From assembly GCA_013265495.1 (NCBI GenBank), contig MU063554.1, positions 8,964,574 through 9,028,573 on the forward strand: a stretch of 64,000 nt of DNA, in the 5' to 3' direction. The notes beneath the pieces are model-generated. The model was not told where the DNA came from. It did not search any database and was given only the letters and a program-made list of their open reading frames with translations. A program made the translations under genes and the position numbers. Source of the stretch: Vicugna vicugna. Taxonomy: Eukaryota. Shown piece after piece: positions 13,388 to 24,229 of the stretch (its first letter is position 1; each line of letters begins with the position of its first letter).

Positions 13388-13561
13388 NNNNNNNNNNNNN
13401 NNNNNNNNNNNNNNNNNNNNNNNNNNNNNNNNNNNNNNNNNNNNNNNNNNNNNNNNNNNNNNNNNNNNNNNNNNNNNNNNNNNNNNNNNNNNNNNNNNNN
13501 NNNNNNNNNNNNNNNNNNNNNNNNNNNNNNNNNNNNNNNNNNNNNNNNNNNNNNNNNNNNN
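13388..13561. other. N block (174 nt) flanked by TCTA/CCTA-like simple repeat
   Basis: Run of n. Confidence 1.
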
Positions 13562-13811
13562 AACCTTCTTGTCTACCTACCCACCAACCTATTTATTCAT
13601 CTATCATGTGCCGCACATATAGACAAACATCTAATTCAAATATGAGTCTAAATGAAGTATCTTTATTTGTCCCTATTTCCACTATCCTTAAACAACATCT
13701 GTTTTAATGGCAACACAGTCCTCCACTTACGCTTGCAATATTTCTACACAGTTGTTAATCATAGCATGCCTGTGCATGAACATTCTAATATTCCCCCTTT
13801 AGTGCTTAAAT

Positions 13812-13921
13812 TTTTTTAACATTTTTTCATTGAGTTATAGTCAGTTTACAATGTTGTGTCACTTTCCAGTGTAGAGCACAATTTTTCAGTTATACATGAA
13901 CATACATATATTCATTGTCAC
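13812..13921 (-). mobile_element. Severely 5'-truncated camelid L1 3' end (subtype A)
   Basis: TTGAGTTATAGTCAGTTTACAATGTTGTGTCA...CATTGTCAC; perfect 11-bp TSD AGTGCTTAAAT at 13801-13811 and 13922-13932. Confidence 0.9.
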
Positions 13922-14289
13922 AGTGCTTAAATATTTATTAAAAATTTATAGGCTGTAACTAATCCTGTTAAATCACATACCATTTCTTTGTAGCTACTTA
14001 CTGAAATACTATTACATATTTAATTATTATTTTCACATGTTATAATATTAATACAGAATCATTTTAGAAATGCTCAGAGTAGGAATATAATCTTCAGAAG
14101 AAATTTCAAAATCACTTGTAATTTCATTAGACAGAGATATTTGATGTGAACTTTTTGCCTTTAGTATTTTCATTCTATATTTGCATGAATACACAGATAT
14201 ACACAGACTCATAAATATTCAATATACTTTTCTGTGCTCTTCACATAGAACAGATACTAAACCGTCATCTGGTATCTCTGAGGCTAATA

Positions 14290-15511
14290 TTTCCCCAGAT
14301 TTGTGTTGTTATTATTTTCACTTCAAGAGATTTTAATTTTTACATGTCCCAAGGTATTAAACTGCCTGAGATTTTTTTTTTCTGTCACTTTTGTGCTTCA
14401 AACGTACATGTCTATCCTGAGATCAGACAAATACTCACCTAGACACTATGTGGTTTTACTTTTTTCCATTCAAATATTTAATCTATCTGGAATTTATTTT
14501 GCTACAAGATTATTTCATGCAAATCCATACTAACATCTCCCAAGTAGCTGATAAACTGTCCTAATATTTATTGGGTTATCCTTTTCTCCTCCACTGCATT
14601 GGTTTTTGATTTCTGTTACAAATTCCACCAACATACTTACTTAAGATAGCACCAAGTTATCTGCTCACGGTTCTGCAGGTCAGAAGTCCACATATGATCT
14701 CCTGCTCAGAGTCCCACAAGGTGACAATGGCCATGTCCTGATCTGGAAATTTGACCACAGAAAGATTTGCTTTCAGCTCCCCAATTTGAATCAATTTCCC
14801 TGCTTCTATAGGGCTAAGAGCCCCACTTTCTTGCTCACGGATAGCTGGTGGGGATCAATCTCAGCACCTAGTGGCTGGCTGTCCCCAGGCCCTTGCCACA
14901 CAGCCCCCTCTATAATCCCTCTCACACTTCCTGTTGAATTTTCAAGAAGGACTCAGTCACTTTTGAGGTCTTGTCTGATTAGGTCAGCCCCACCCAGAAT
15001 AACCTCACTTCTTATTAACTCAAAGTCAACTGATTAGAGATCTTATTGCATTTGTAAAATTCCTTCCCCTTTGACATATGAGGCCGCCTAACCGGGAGTG
15101 GGTGTAAATTCATCATATTCACCAGTCCAGTCCACACTTCAGGGGAGGGCATATACACCAGGTGGCAAGAACCTTGGGGGCCAGCCCAGAATTTTGCCTA
15201 CCACCTTTGCTAATTTTTGATACCATTTTTATTGTAGTCTTCATTTTTATTCTACATTGTAAGGCCTGCTAGTGTAACACACTGTTTCAGTCCTTGTCTG
15301 TCCTTCAGCCTGTGTGATGCTAATCTCACTATCATAGAATTATAACATGTTTTATAATATAGTTAGGTTAGCTGCCCCCCTCATTTTACTGTCTTTCAAA
15401 AATAGTTGTCTTCATTCTCTTTTATTGTTTATTCTCTCAAATGAACTCTAGCATGATTTACCAAGTCTCTAGTTCCCATTCCAGAGATTGTTTCAGTTGA
15501 ATTTTGATTTC
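14290..15511 (-). mobile_element. Old L1ME-like ORF2 fragments (14290-14590 and 15210-15511), interrupted by MLT1
   Basis: T-rich antisense L1 ORF2-like text, e.g. TATTTAATCTATCTGGAATTTATTTT and CTCTCAAATGAACTCTAGCATGATTT. Confidence 0.55.
14595..15205 (-). mobile_element. MLT1E/F-like solo LTR
   Basis: Ends GAATTTTGCCTACCAC (reverse complement of MLT1 5' end); TCTGATTAGGTCAGCCCCACCCAGAATAACCTC; GTCAACTGATTAG. Confidence 0.8.
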
Positions 15512-15527
15512 AAGATAGTTAAATCTA

Positions 15528-16277
15528 CTGTGGAAAACAGTATGAAGAGTCCTTAAAAGACTAGGAATAGACTTACCATATGACCCAGCAATCCTGCTCC
15601 TGGGCATATATCCAGAAGGAACTTTACTTCAAAANNNNNNNNNNNNNNNNNNNNNNNNNNNNNNNNNNNNNNNNNNNNNNNNNNNNNNNNNNNNNNNNNN
15701 NNNNNNNNNNNNNNNNNNNNNNNNNNNNNNNNNNNNNNNNNNNNNNNNNNNNNNNNNNNNNNNNNNNNNNNNNNNNNNNNNNNNNNNNNCATTTGCAGCA
15801 ACAGGGATGCGCCTGGAGAAAGTCATTCTAAGTGAAGTAAGCCAGAAAGAAAAAGAAAAATAGCATATGAGATCACTTATATGTGGAATCTAAAAAAAAA
15901 AAAAGAACATAAATACAAAACAGATATAGACTCATAGACAAAGAATACAAACTTGTGGTTGCCAAGGGTGAGGGGGGTGGAAAGGGACAGACTGGGAGTT
16001 TGAAATTTATAAAACACTGACAGGCATATGTGGAATAGATAAACAAAATTATACTGTGTAGCACAGGGAAATATATACAAGATCTTGTGGTAGCTCACAG
16101 CAAAAAAAAAATGTGACAATGAATATATGTATGTTCATGTATAACTGAAAAATTGTGCTGTAGACTGGAATTTGACACAACATTATAAAATGGCTATAAC
16201 GCAATAAAAAAAATGTAAAAATATGAAGACGTCAAAATAAATAAATAAATAAATAAACAAACAAACAAATAAATAAA
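15528..16277 (+). mobile_element. Camelid L1, 5'-truncated: ORF2 C-terminus, 3'UTR and tail (subtype A)
   Basis: Degenerate ORF2 text DLPYDPAILLLGIYP and FAATGMRLEKVILSEVSQKEKEK*; AATAAA at 16203; perfect 16-bp TSD AAGATAGTTAAATCTA at 15512-15527 and 16278-16293. Confidence 0.95.
15635..15789. other. N block (155 nt) inside the L1
   Basis: Run of n. Confidence 1.
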
Positions 16278-16354
16278 AAGATAGTTAAATCTATGTACTG
16301 CATTGAGGGACAAGCTGTCCCTTTACCAAATTAAGTCTTTATAGACAATGTGAT

Positions 16355-16690
16355 CTTAAATTTATTTAAACAACTATATGTTGAGTGTCTACCCTGCATC
16401 AGACAAAGAAATGAATAAAAACAGTCATGTTCCACAGAACTTTCATTTAAGGGAAGGAGACAGACAATTAATAAGAAAACAAGTACGTGAGATAATTTTG
16501 AGTAACGCAAAGTGCTATGATCCAATGATACAAAATGACTGAGGGTGAGGGTGGTCAACCCTGGATAAGGAAGTGAGGGAATCTTTCAGATGGTATTTAA
16601 TCTGAAAGTCAAAACATTCTCAACCATAAAAGAATCAAGATGAAGTATCCTGGACAGAGGAAACAGAGCAAATGCCCCAGAACAGTATGC
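16355..16690 (-). mobile_element. L2 3' fragment
   Basis: TATGTTGAGTGTCTACCCTGCATCAGAC...GGGAAGGAGACAGACAATTAA...GGACAGAGGAAACAG antisense L2 pattern. Confidence 0.65.
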
Positions 16691-16829
16691 GATGCAATCC
16701 AGCAGGTGGATGGGAACCAGATAAATCAAGTCCATGTCTCTATGTTTGAGTAATAAATGTATACAATGCTCCCCTTAAAGGCACTGTATACACAGCTCTA
16801 AGGACACACTATTTTTTTGGCTTCTATAC

Positions 16830-17060
16830 AGAGTAGTTTTTCCATGATATTTTCTAAAGGATTACTGCTAATATGTAGAAAATTTATTGATTTTTAGAGT
16901 ATTTCCTGTGAAATGCTCACATTACTTAACTGTGATTAATTCCTCAAATTCTTCAGTCTATATAAACTGTATTTTCTCTTCTTATCGTGTGCTTTTGAGA
17001 TAGACATTCGTAACAAATGTAGTAATATTATTGCAATAACAAATTTTCATCTTCCTTTTA
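16830..17060 (-). mobile_element. Old L1M ORF2 fragment
   Basis: GCTAATATGTAGAAAATTTATTGATTTTT...AAATTTTCATCTTCCTTT resembles antisense L1 ORF2. Confidence 0.5.
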
Positions 17061-17066
17061 AAAAAT

Positions 17067-17400
17067 CTTTTTTAAAACTTTTTTTTATTGAGTTATAGTC
17101 ATTTTACAATGTTGTGTCAAATTCCAGTGTTGAGCACAACTTTTCAGTTATACTTGAACATACATATATTCATTGTCACATTTTTATTTTTTGCTGTGAG
17201 CTAACACAAGATCTTGTATATATTTGCCTGTGCTATACAGTATAATCTTGTTTATCTATTCTGCATATGCTTGTTGGTATCTACAAATTTTGAAATCCCA
17301 GTCTATCCCTTCCCACCCCCTATCCCCCTGGCAACCACAAGTTTGTATTCTATGTCTATGATTTTGTTTCTGTTTTGTATGTATGTTCATTTTTTTGTTT
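17067..17400 (-). mobile_element. Camelid L1 3'UTR fragment (subtype A)
   Basis: TTGAGTTATAGTCATTTTACAATGTTGTGTCAAATTCC...GCATATGCTTGTTGGTATC...GGCAACCACAAGTTTG. Confidence 0.9.
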
Positions 17401-17947
17401 TTATTTTTATTTTTTTTAACATTTTTTATTGATTTATAATCATTTTACAATGTTGTGTCAAATTCCAGTGTTCAGCACAATTTTTCAGTCATTCGTGAAC
17501 ATATACACACTCATTGTCACATTACATTCTCTGTGAGTTATCATAACATTTTGTGTATATTTCCCTGTGCTATACAGTATAATCTTGTTTATCTATTCTA
17601 CAATTTTGAAATCCCAGTCTTTCCCTTCCCACCCTCCACCCCCCTGGCAACCACAAGTCTGTATTCTCTGTCTGTGAGTCTATTTCTGTCCTGTATTTAT
17701 GCTTTGTTTTTGTTTGTCTGTTTGTTTGTTTGGTTTTGTTTTTGTTTTTTAGATTCCACATATGAGCGATCTCATATGGTATTTTTCTTTCTCTTTCTGG
17801 CTTACTTCACTTAGAATGACATTCTCCAGGAGCATCCATGTTGCTGCAAATGGCATTATGTTGTCGGTTTTTATGGCTGAGTGGTATTCCATTGTCTAAA
17901 TATACCACATCTTCTTTATCCAGACATCCTTTGATGGACATTTAGGT
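17401..17947 (-). mobile_element. Camelid L1 3' end (subtype B) with ORF2 C-terminal remnant
   Basis: Minus-strand 17749-17946 translates PKCPSKDVWIKKMWYI*TMEYHSAIKTDNIMPFAATWMLLENVILSEVSQKEKEKYHMRSLICGI*, the canonical L1 ORF2 end with one premature stop. Confidence 0.95.
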
Positions 17948-18157
17948 ACCATGTTTAAAGTGCCAAGCATCTTAACTATGAACAGAACAAGTCTTCAGAA
18001 ATGTTAGTTCTTTTTCTTTTTCTTCCAAGCCAGAGGTCTCTTCTAGCTTCTGTGTAGTCTGCAGACATTTCTGTTCAGTGTCTCACGTGGAAAAGCAGCC
18101 CCTCAGTAACTGGGAGGCATGATAACCGTGGCTGTTTCGTTGCACTTGGTATTTCTG

Positions 18158-18186
18158 TCATCATCATCATCACCATCATCATCACC
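18158..18186 (+). repeat. (CAT/CAC)n microsatellite
   Basis: TCATCATCATCATCACCATCATCATCACC. Confidence 0.9.
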
Positions 18187-19599
18187 TCTGCGGAGATGAA
18201 CCTAAGTCATCTGAGTCACCTGGGGAGCAGGGCTTTTTAATCTCCAGGCCAATTATATGCCTTGAAATATTAAAGCACGAAGGCAGTTGTGTGCAGAAGA
18301 GGCGCTGTGTTTCTTACACACCAGGGGTGAGCATGTTAATGAATGAGCCAGCCACGCTGCCTGCGTCTGCAACATCCCCTCTGCCCACCAGCCTCTTCTG
18401 ACTGAGCAGACACTTCTGAGAACAAATGTTTCTGTATTTTTTATAACTGTCCCTTCCATATCCGGAGACCAGACTGCTGGTCTCATCTCCTCTCCCCACA
18501 AACACAGCACACTAAATTTCTCATGTAAACTGTATGGATTGCTGTCCAAACTCTGCCATAATTTTTAACCATCTATTTGGGTGCCGTTTCTCTAGAATTG
18601 ATTAGTTCCTCTTCCACATCATTTCACAAAGAATGGGCTATATACGGAGCGAAATGTAAAACTGGAGGAATAATCAGGGATGTTTAAAGCACAAATGCCA
18701 TTAAAATTCATGTCCCTATACCTGGGTGGCTGTGTTGACATGATGTGGACAGGTTGTGCCTTCTTCAGGTACTGCCTTTTAGGGATTGGCTAATGGTGAC
18801 TTGGGCACCACCCAGCTGTCACTTACAATCATTTATGATGGTCATGCTTTGCCTACATGCAGATTACGTGTCTACAGTGAGAAACAAAACAGAACAAAAA
18901 ACCAAGAAAACTCTGCTGCTAAAGTGATCTTTGACATGGAGTCAAATGATCTGATAAACCAGGCTTTAAAGCTCATCTCCCACACAGAGTTAATGCTCCC
19001 TAAACTCAGTTTTCCACCTGGAAAATCGGGATAAGAACATTTACCAAAATAGACTTTTTTTTTAGGGTGTCAGTGAAATAATGTTCATTTTGTAGAGATT
19101 GGCGCTTTGTAAGCTTCTAATAAATTATAACCACCACGAGTTTAATTATTATTTCTTGGATCTCTCAAATGAAATTATTGCCATCGGTTGAATGTTCACG
19201 GCTTCAAGGAGAAAGCCCTCATCACCACTTGTGACGCCCATTTCCTTCTTTGTCTTTAATATTTGAAAACACTTTTCTCTCCAGTGAACTAGTCTAGATG
19301 AAATTAACTTCCTGTTTTCAACCCCTGCTTGGTCCATGCCATTCACCCAACTCTGCTGCCGAGGGCCACCTGCCTTTCTCTTTGAGCCAAAGGAACAGAG
19401 CTTTAAGAATCAAGCCTGAGATAAACCAGGAGCCTCGCCTGGGTTGTTCAGTGGGGCCCAGACATTGTTCATGTGCCCCTGTACCATTCATTGTCTGGAT
19501 GCATCAGGGATAGATTTAGGATCCCAGCAACCAAGTAAGCACTGCACAGAAGACCAGCTCTAACCCCTATGAGGCCACCCTGCCTCACTGCACATCTTA

Positions 19600-19830
19600 G
19601 AGCCTGGTGGTCCCAAGAAACAGCCTAAAATGAAGATTCTTGTGCAAGTGACTTACTAAGAGAGGAACTTAAAAAAGAAAAAAAGAGGGAGGAAAACAGG
19701 GAAAGGGCAGGTGAAGGAACTGAATAGTTATAGTTTCAGGTGGAGTCTAGCTTGCCTGATCTCATGCAGAGTTCTGGAGTATGAATTGCGTCACAAGATC
19801 GGCTCCCCTTGTGACATGGACACCAACTTT
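19600..19830. mobile_element. Possible ancient ERVL-type LTR fragment (LTR33/LTR16-like)
   Basis: CCCAAGAAACAGCCTAAAATGAAGATTCTTGTGCAAGTGACTTACT resembles recalled LTR33/16 text; weak. Confidence 0.4.
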
Positions 19831-20184
19831 TTGCCCCCACACATCAGTCATCTATTAGCTGCAGGTCACCGGTGTTGTGGGTGTGTGGGGTGGAGAATGC
19901 AATTTTTAGGGCAATTCCCCATTGAATGGGGCAACTTTGAGCCTGAAGTAAACACCACTTCCTGTAACTGGAAGATGGCCGACTTTGTAAAGCAGGTCTG
20001 TGCAGAGCACCCAAGGTGCTCTTGACCTGCTACCTTGACCTTTCTTCTTGGGTGCCTGGTATACACGTTTGTTCTCATTTTACAGAGAAACCGAGAGTTG
20101 GTCAAGATTCTCAAGAGTTCTGAAGGATACAGCAGCCTTTCAGAACTTGATTCTGCATCTATCTGACAATCTCCTACGATCCTG

Positions 20185-20348
20185 ACTGCTCAGAGCATTT
20201 GTTACATTCATTTATTTAATGCGTATCTCTTTCACCAGATGATAAACTTCAGCCTGATATATATGTATATATATATATATATATGCTGCAGCCCCTGCAC
20301 CCAGAGCATTACCCACCTTATAATAGTTGCTCAGTAAACATTTGTGGG
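20185..20348 (+). mobile_element. L2 3' end containing an (AT)n tract at 20257-20284
   Basis: Ends ATAGTTGCTCAGTAAACATTTGTGG, similar to the L2 terminus. Confidence 0.5.
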
Positions 20349-21197
20349 CAGACATGTACAAACATGTACACATAAACACACACACAGCACACAGTTAAAA
20401 CATTTTGGAGACATAATATTTGGAGACACATCATAACTCTCAGAAAAAGAACAGTTTAAGTTCATGTTAAGAGAAGATGGGCTGTGACTGTAACAGCCTG
20501 CTTCTGCGTGCGGCAGAGTTGGCAGCATCCATCATGTACATCATTCCACAGAACAGACCCAGTCCCTCTGGTTAATCGTCCTGATTGCTGACTGTGCTGG
20601 AGGTCACCGTGGGTGGAAACGGAGCCCACTATTAGATGACGGGCATCTCAGACATATAAAGACCCAGTGGAGGTTTTGTAATGACTGAATTTCCTCAGCT
20701 CAGGCCACTGTATATATCTAGGAAGGACATAATGTCACAACCTGGCCCAGAGCAGAGTCCCAGGGAAGATCTTGAGGGATCTGACTTCCTCCTAGATGGT
20801 GAAAACAAGCAAGGGAGAGCCACATCCCAGGGTTCACACGGTAAAGGAAAGTTACACGGGACCTAACGTCCCTCACTGGCATGCAGTCTCACCTGTCTCC
20901 AGTCCACCCTCAACGCCAGGATCTCCTTCCAGTCTATCACTTAAGTCTAAGCTTCCAGAACTCCCTTCTCTTCTGTGCTTGCTCCCTTCCTCCTCCTCCT
21001 GTTCTTTGATTCTCCTCTCTCTGCATCTGAGGTACAAGGAGAGTGGAATCGGAGTTCCACCAGCTCGGCTCAAGGTCATGGTAGAGAGCATGCCCACAGC
21101 CCCATGGTCCAAACTGTCTCCAGACATGGCTGGGTAGATCACTCTTCGCCTTGAGTCAAAATCACCCCTCCTGTTCTCCAGCTCTGGTTTGGCCCCT

Positions 21198-21227
21198 ACA
21201 CACACACACATACACACACACACACAC
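21198..21227 (+). repeat. (CA)n microsatellite
   Basis: ACACACACACACATACACACACACACACAC. Confidence 0.95.
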
Positions 21228-21784
21228 GAAATAAGGTTCTGCTTTTCACTATGGCTCATTTCTGAGGTCACGACAAGCATGGGCATGTTGACAGCGTGGG
21301 GTGACACTTGAAGCAGGGAAGCAAGATTTGAAACTAGAGGTGAGAATAAGAGATCATGTAAATACGGAAGGGTCAGAGGACATAGCTTTCCTGGAAAGGA
21401 ATTCTGGAAGCAGGTCCTGTGATTTGATGCATGTCAGTGGGATATGACACTTCCCAGAGCCAAAGGGCTCATCTTGGCAGAGCTGCTCACTGCAGCTAAG
21501 GAGGCACGCGGGGCACAGTGGCTGCAGGGGCTGGTGCAACACAGGGACTGGGCTGAGAGCAGCACCCGCAATGGGCAGGGCTGATTTGGTAGCTCAGGTC
21601 TCGTGATGCTCGGCACTGGAGGGCTCATGCCTGCTTTTCAAAGAAGCCTCTCAACTCTGGCTCCTAAAGCATCCTCCCAAACTAGATCTGGGGAAGCTGA
21701 ACCTGAACTTGGAGTCAAGTTCACCTGCGAGAAGCTGAGGATGTAGTGGGTGAGCCAGAGTTTATCCAATTCATTTTTGAAGCT

Positions 21785-22390
21785 TTTGAGGGTAAATTTC
21801 ATATGTCAATCAATACTGTGGTCCTCTCTGCTAAACATCTTCAGCCAGACTTGCCACCTCCTAAACTTCATTCCTCCGTGTGTATCCAGCACCTGCTGTT
21901 TACCAGGCACTGCATTAGGTGCTGGGGTCACTCACCCAACAGCCTAGTCCCTGCCTGTGCTGATTCATTTTACAGAGCAACTTGATTGGATAACAAGACC
22001 AAGATATTAAGTCAAACATCATATGGGAATTTCTATGAGGTTGTTTTTGGAGGAGATTAGCATTAAATTGGTCAACTGAGTAAAGCAGATTGCCCTCCCC
22101 AGCGTAGATGGGCCTCGTCTAATCAGCTGAAGGCCTGAACAGAACAAAAAAGCTGATTCTCCAGAAAGTAATAGGGAACTTCTGTTTGCCTTTGATCTGG
22201 GACATGAGTTTTTTCCTGCCTTTGGACTCTAACTGAAACATAGGTTCTTCCTGGCTCTTGAATCTGCTGGCCTTTGTACTAGACTAAACCATCAGTTTCC
22301 TGGGACTGAAGCTTGTAGACTACAGATCTTGCAACTTGTCACCTTCCTTAATCATGTAAACCAATTATTTTTTCTCATCTCTCTCTTCCT
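21785..22390 (+). mobile_element. MLT2 (ERVL) LTR split by a 168-bp insert (21810-21977)
   Basis: TTTGAGGGTAAATTTCATATGTCAA (20/25 to recalled MLT2 start) resumes as CAACTTGATTGG at 21978; GAGTAAAGCAGATTGCCCTCC...GAAGGCCTGAACAGAACAAAAA. Confidence 0.8.
21867..21955 (-). mobile_element. L2 3' fragment inside the MLT2 insert
   Basis: TTCATTCC...CAGCACCTGCTGTTTACCAGGCACTGCATTAGGTGCTGGGG...GTCCCTGCC. Confidence 0.6.
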
Positions 22391-23726
22391 CCCCTTCCTC
22401 TTCTTCCTCTTCCCCCTCTTCTCATTCTCCCATTCTCCCTCCCTCTGGCATCCTCTTCTGACTTCATGCAATAGTCCTGGCAATTCTGGACCTTTTCTGT
22501 TTGAAAAAATGGTGGCAGCAGTTGCTGACCTCACAACCTCATCCCACACTCTCCAGAAAAAGAGTTAAGCAGTATTAGCTGTGCTTGAAAATATTTGAAA
22601 AGGGAGCATGAGAATGGATAAATGAGGGATGGAATGAATGGGTGAAAAATGCAGTAGATGAATGAAGTGACCTGGACTTTAATCTTAACCCACAGAAAAA
22701 GAAACAAATGTCTAATTTCCTACACTCCAGGCAAGCCAGGGAGATCGTGCTTTCCTAGTTACCAGTCAAAATTGATAGAGGCTCCTGTTTCAAAAAAAGA
22801 AATGCTGAAACTGGGGAAGAAACCAATTTAACACTATAGGAAAGAATCAGAGTACAAAAACAGAGAATGATGGCAGTTAATTGTGATTTAAATGTTGATC
22901 ATAAGATTTTTTTCCAGCCTGAGTTAACATAGTGAATTCCAAACCTAGGACCCTGTATAATCAGATAAAGATTGACCATGGACCATGGCGCTGTGCCAGA
23001 GGACTAAGTCACGTCAACCCCGCTTCTCAGGAGCACCCCCACCCTTGGAGGTGAGGCTCCAGAGGCAGGTACGAGTCTAGAGAGACAAGCAGAGGACAAG
23101 GCAGCATGGATACAGTCAGAGACGGAGCTCAGGATGGTCTCTGAAAGGGATTCCACCCAAATCGTGAAGCTGATCATTAATTGCTACTGTGGGGCATCGT
23201 TGCCATCATCCAGGAGTTCATGTAAAACCCAACACTCACTTGACACTAAAAAATAAACAAGTCCGTGTCAACATCGCAGGGCTGGAGGGGAGGAGCCGCC
23301 CTGGCCTCAGTGGCAATGGAAGTTAATCAGGATGTACGGTCTTCATGGAGCTCTTGGCACCTTCCCAGTAGCTGCCTTGGCGGCCCTGATGTCATTTTCC
23401 TACCCTGCCCAGACAGCCAGGAGGAAGGCGATGCTTCACCCATCACACAGGAGTGAAAACTGAGACTCAGAATACTAGCAGGTTTATGCAGCGCTGCTGG
23501 TAAAGGTCCACCTGGACTCAGTTTGCTTCTTCTACGCCCTTCAATGCACCTCGCTCACTCTCCTCCTGCATCAGATGTAAGCCAAATTAAAAGGCAAAAT
23601 CCATTTTTCTAAAGAACAGATTTGTACAGAAATGGAGGCATATCATTCATGGCATTGCTGTATATGTGTGCAATACAGCAACGGCATTGCTATACACACA
23701 GCAGGGCTGTATGTGTCATATAGCCT

Positions 23727-23858
23727 GGCATCGCTATGTGTGTGTGTGTGCGTGCGCACGTGTGCACGTGAGCATGTGTGTCTGAGCAGGTTTGTATGTA
23801 TCTATGTACGTATGTGCATGGATGTGTGTGTATATGTATGCGTGCATTTACATGTATG
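23727..23858 (+). repeat. Degenerate (TG/TA/CG)n alternating purine-pyrimidine tract
   Basis: TGTGTGTGTGTGCGTGCGCACGTGTGCACG...TATGTATGCGTGCA. Confidence 0.9.
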
Positions 23859-24004
23859 CTAAAATACAAAATAGCCAACAAACAAACAAACAAACAAAAG
23901 CACCCCCCTGGAAGTCAAAACAGAACGGTTTTCCAGCAGGTTCCTGCAGAGCCCCTCTCTTTACTCCTGAGAGGTTCAATTAACCGGTGCAAGTCATAAA
24001 ACAG

Positions 24005-24152
24005 NNNNNNNNNNNNNNNNNNNNNNNNNNNNNNNNNNNNNNNNNNNNNNNNNNNNNNNNNNNNNNNNNNNNNNNNNNNNNNNNNNNNNNNNNNNNNNNN
24101 NNNNNNNNNNNNNNNNNNNNNNNNNNNNNNNNNNNNNNNNNNNNNNNNNNNN
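24005..24152. other. N block (148 nt)
   Basis: Run of n. Confidence 1.
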
Positions 24153-24229
24153 ATATATCACCGCGCCGGCAAACTAACTCACTTACTTAATCCACTAAAC
24201 TTCAGGTGCTTCCTACATTATGTGAAATG

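Noticed and set aside
18126-18401. Open + frame containing a 9-His run, reminiscent of developmental transcription factors
   Set aside because: It arises from a (CAY)n microsatellite, has a stop just upstream, no early ATG or convincing acceptor, and the rest of the peptide is unrecognisable.
20873-21307. 144-aa minus-strand ORF with an acidic stretch (also 59646-59861 with MEVEEEYE)
   Set aside because: Composition is explained by CT-rich and (CA)n low-complexity DNA, with no domain or splice support.
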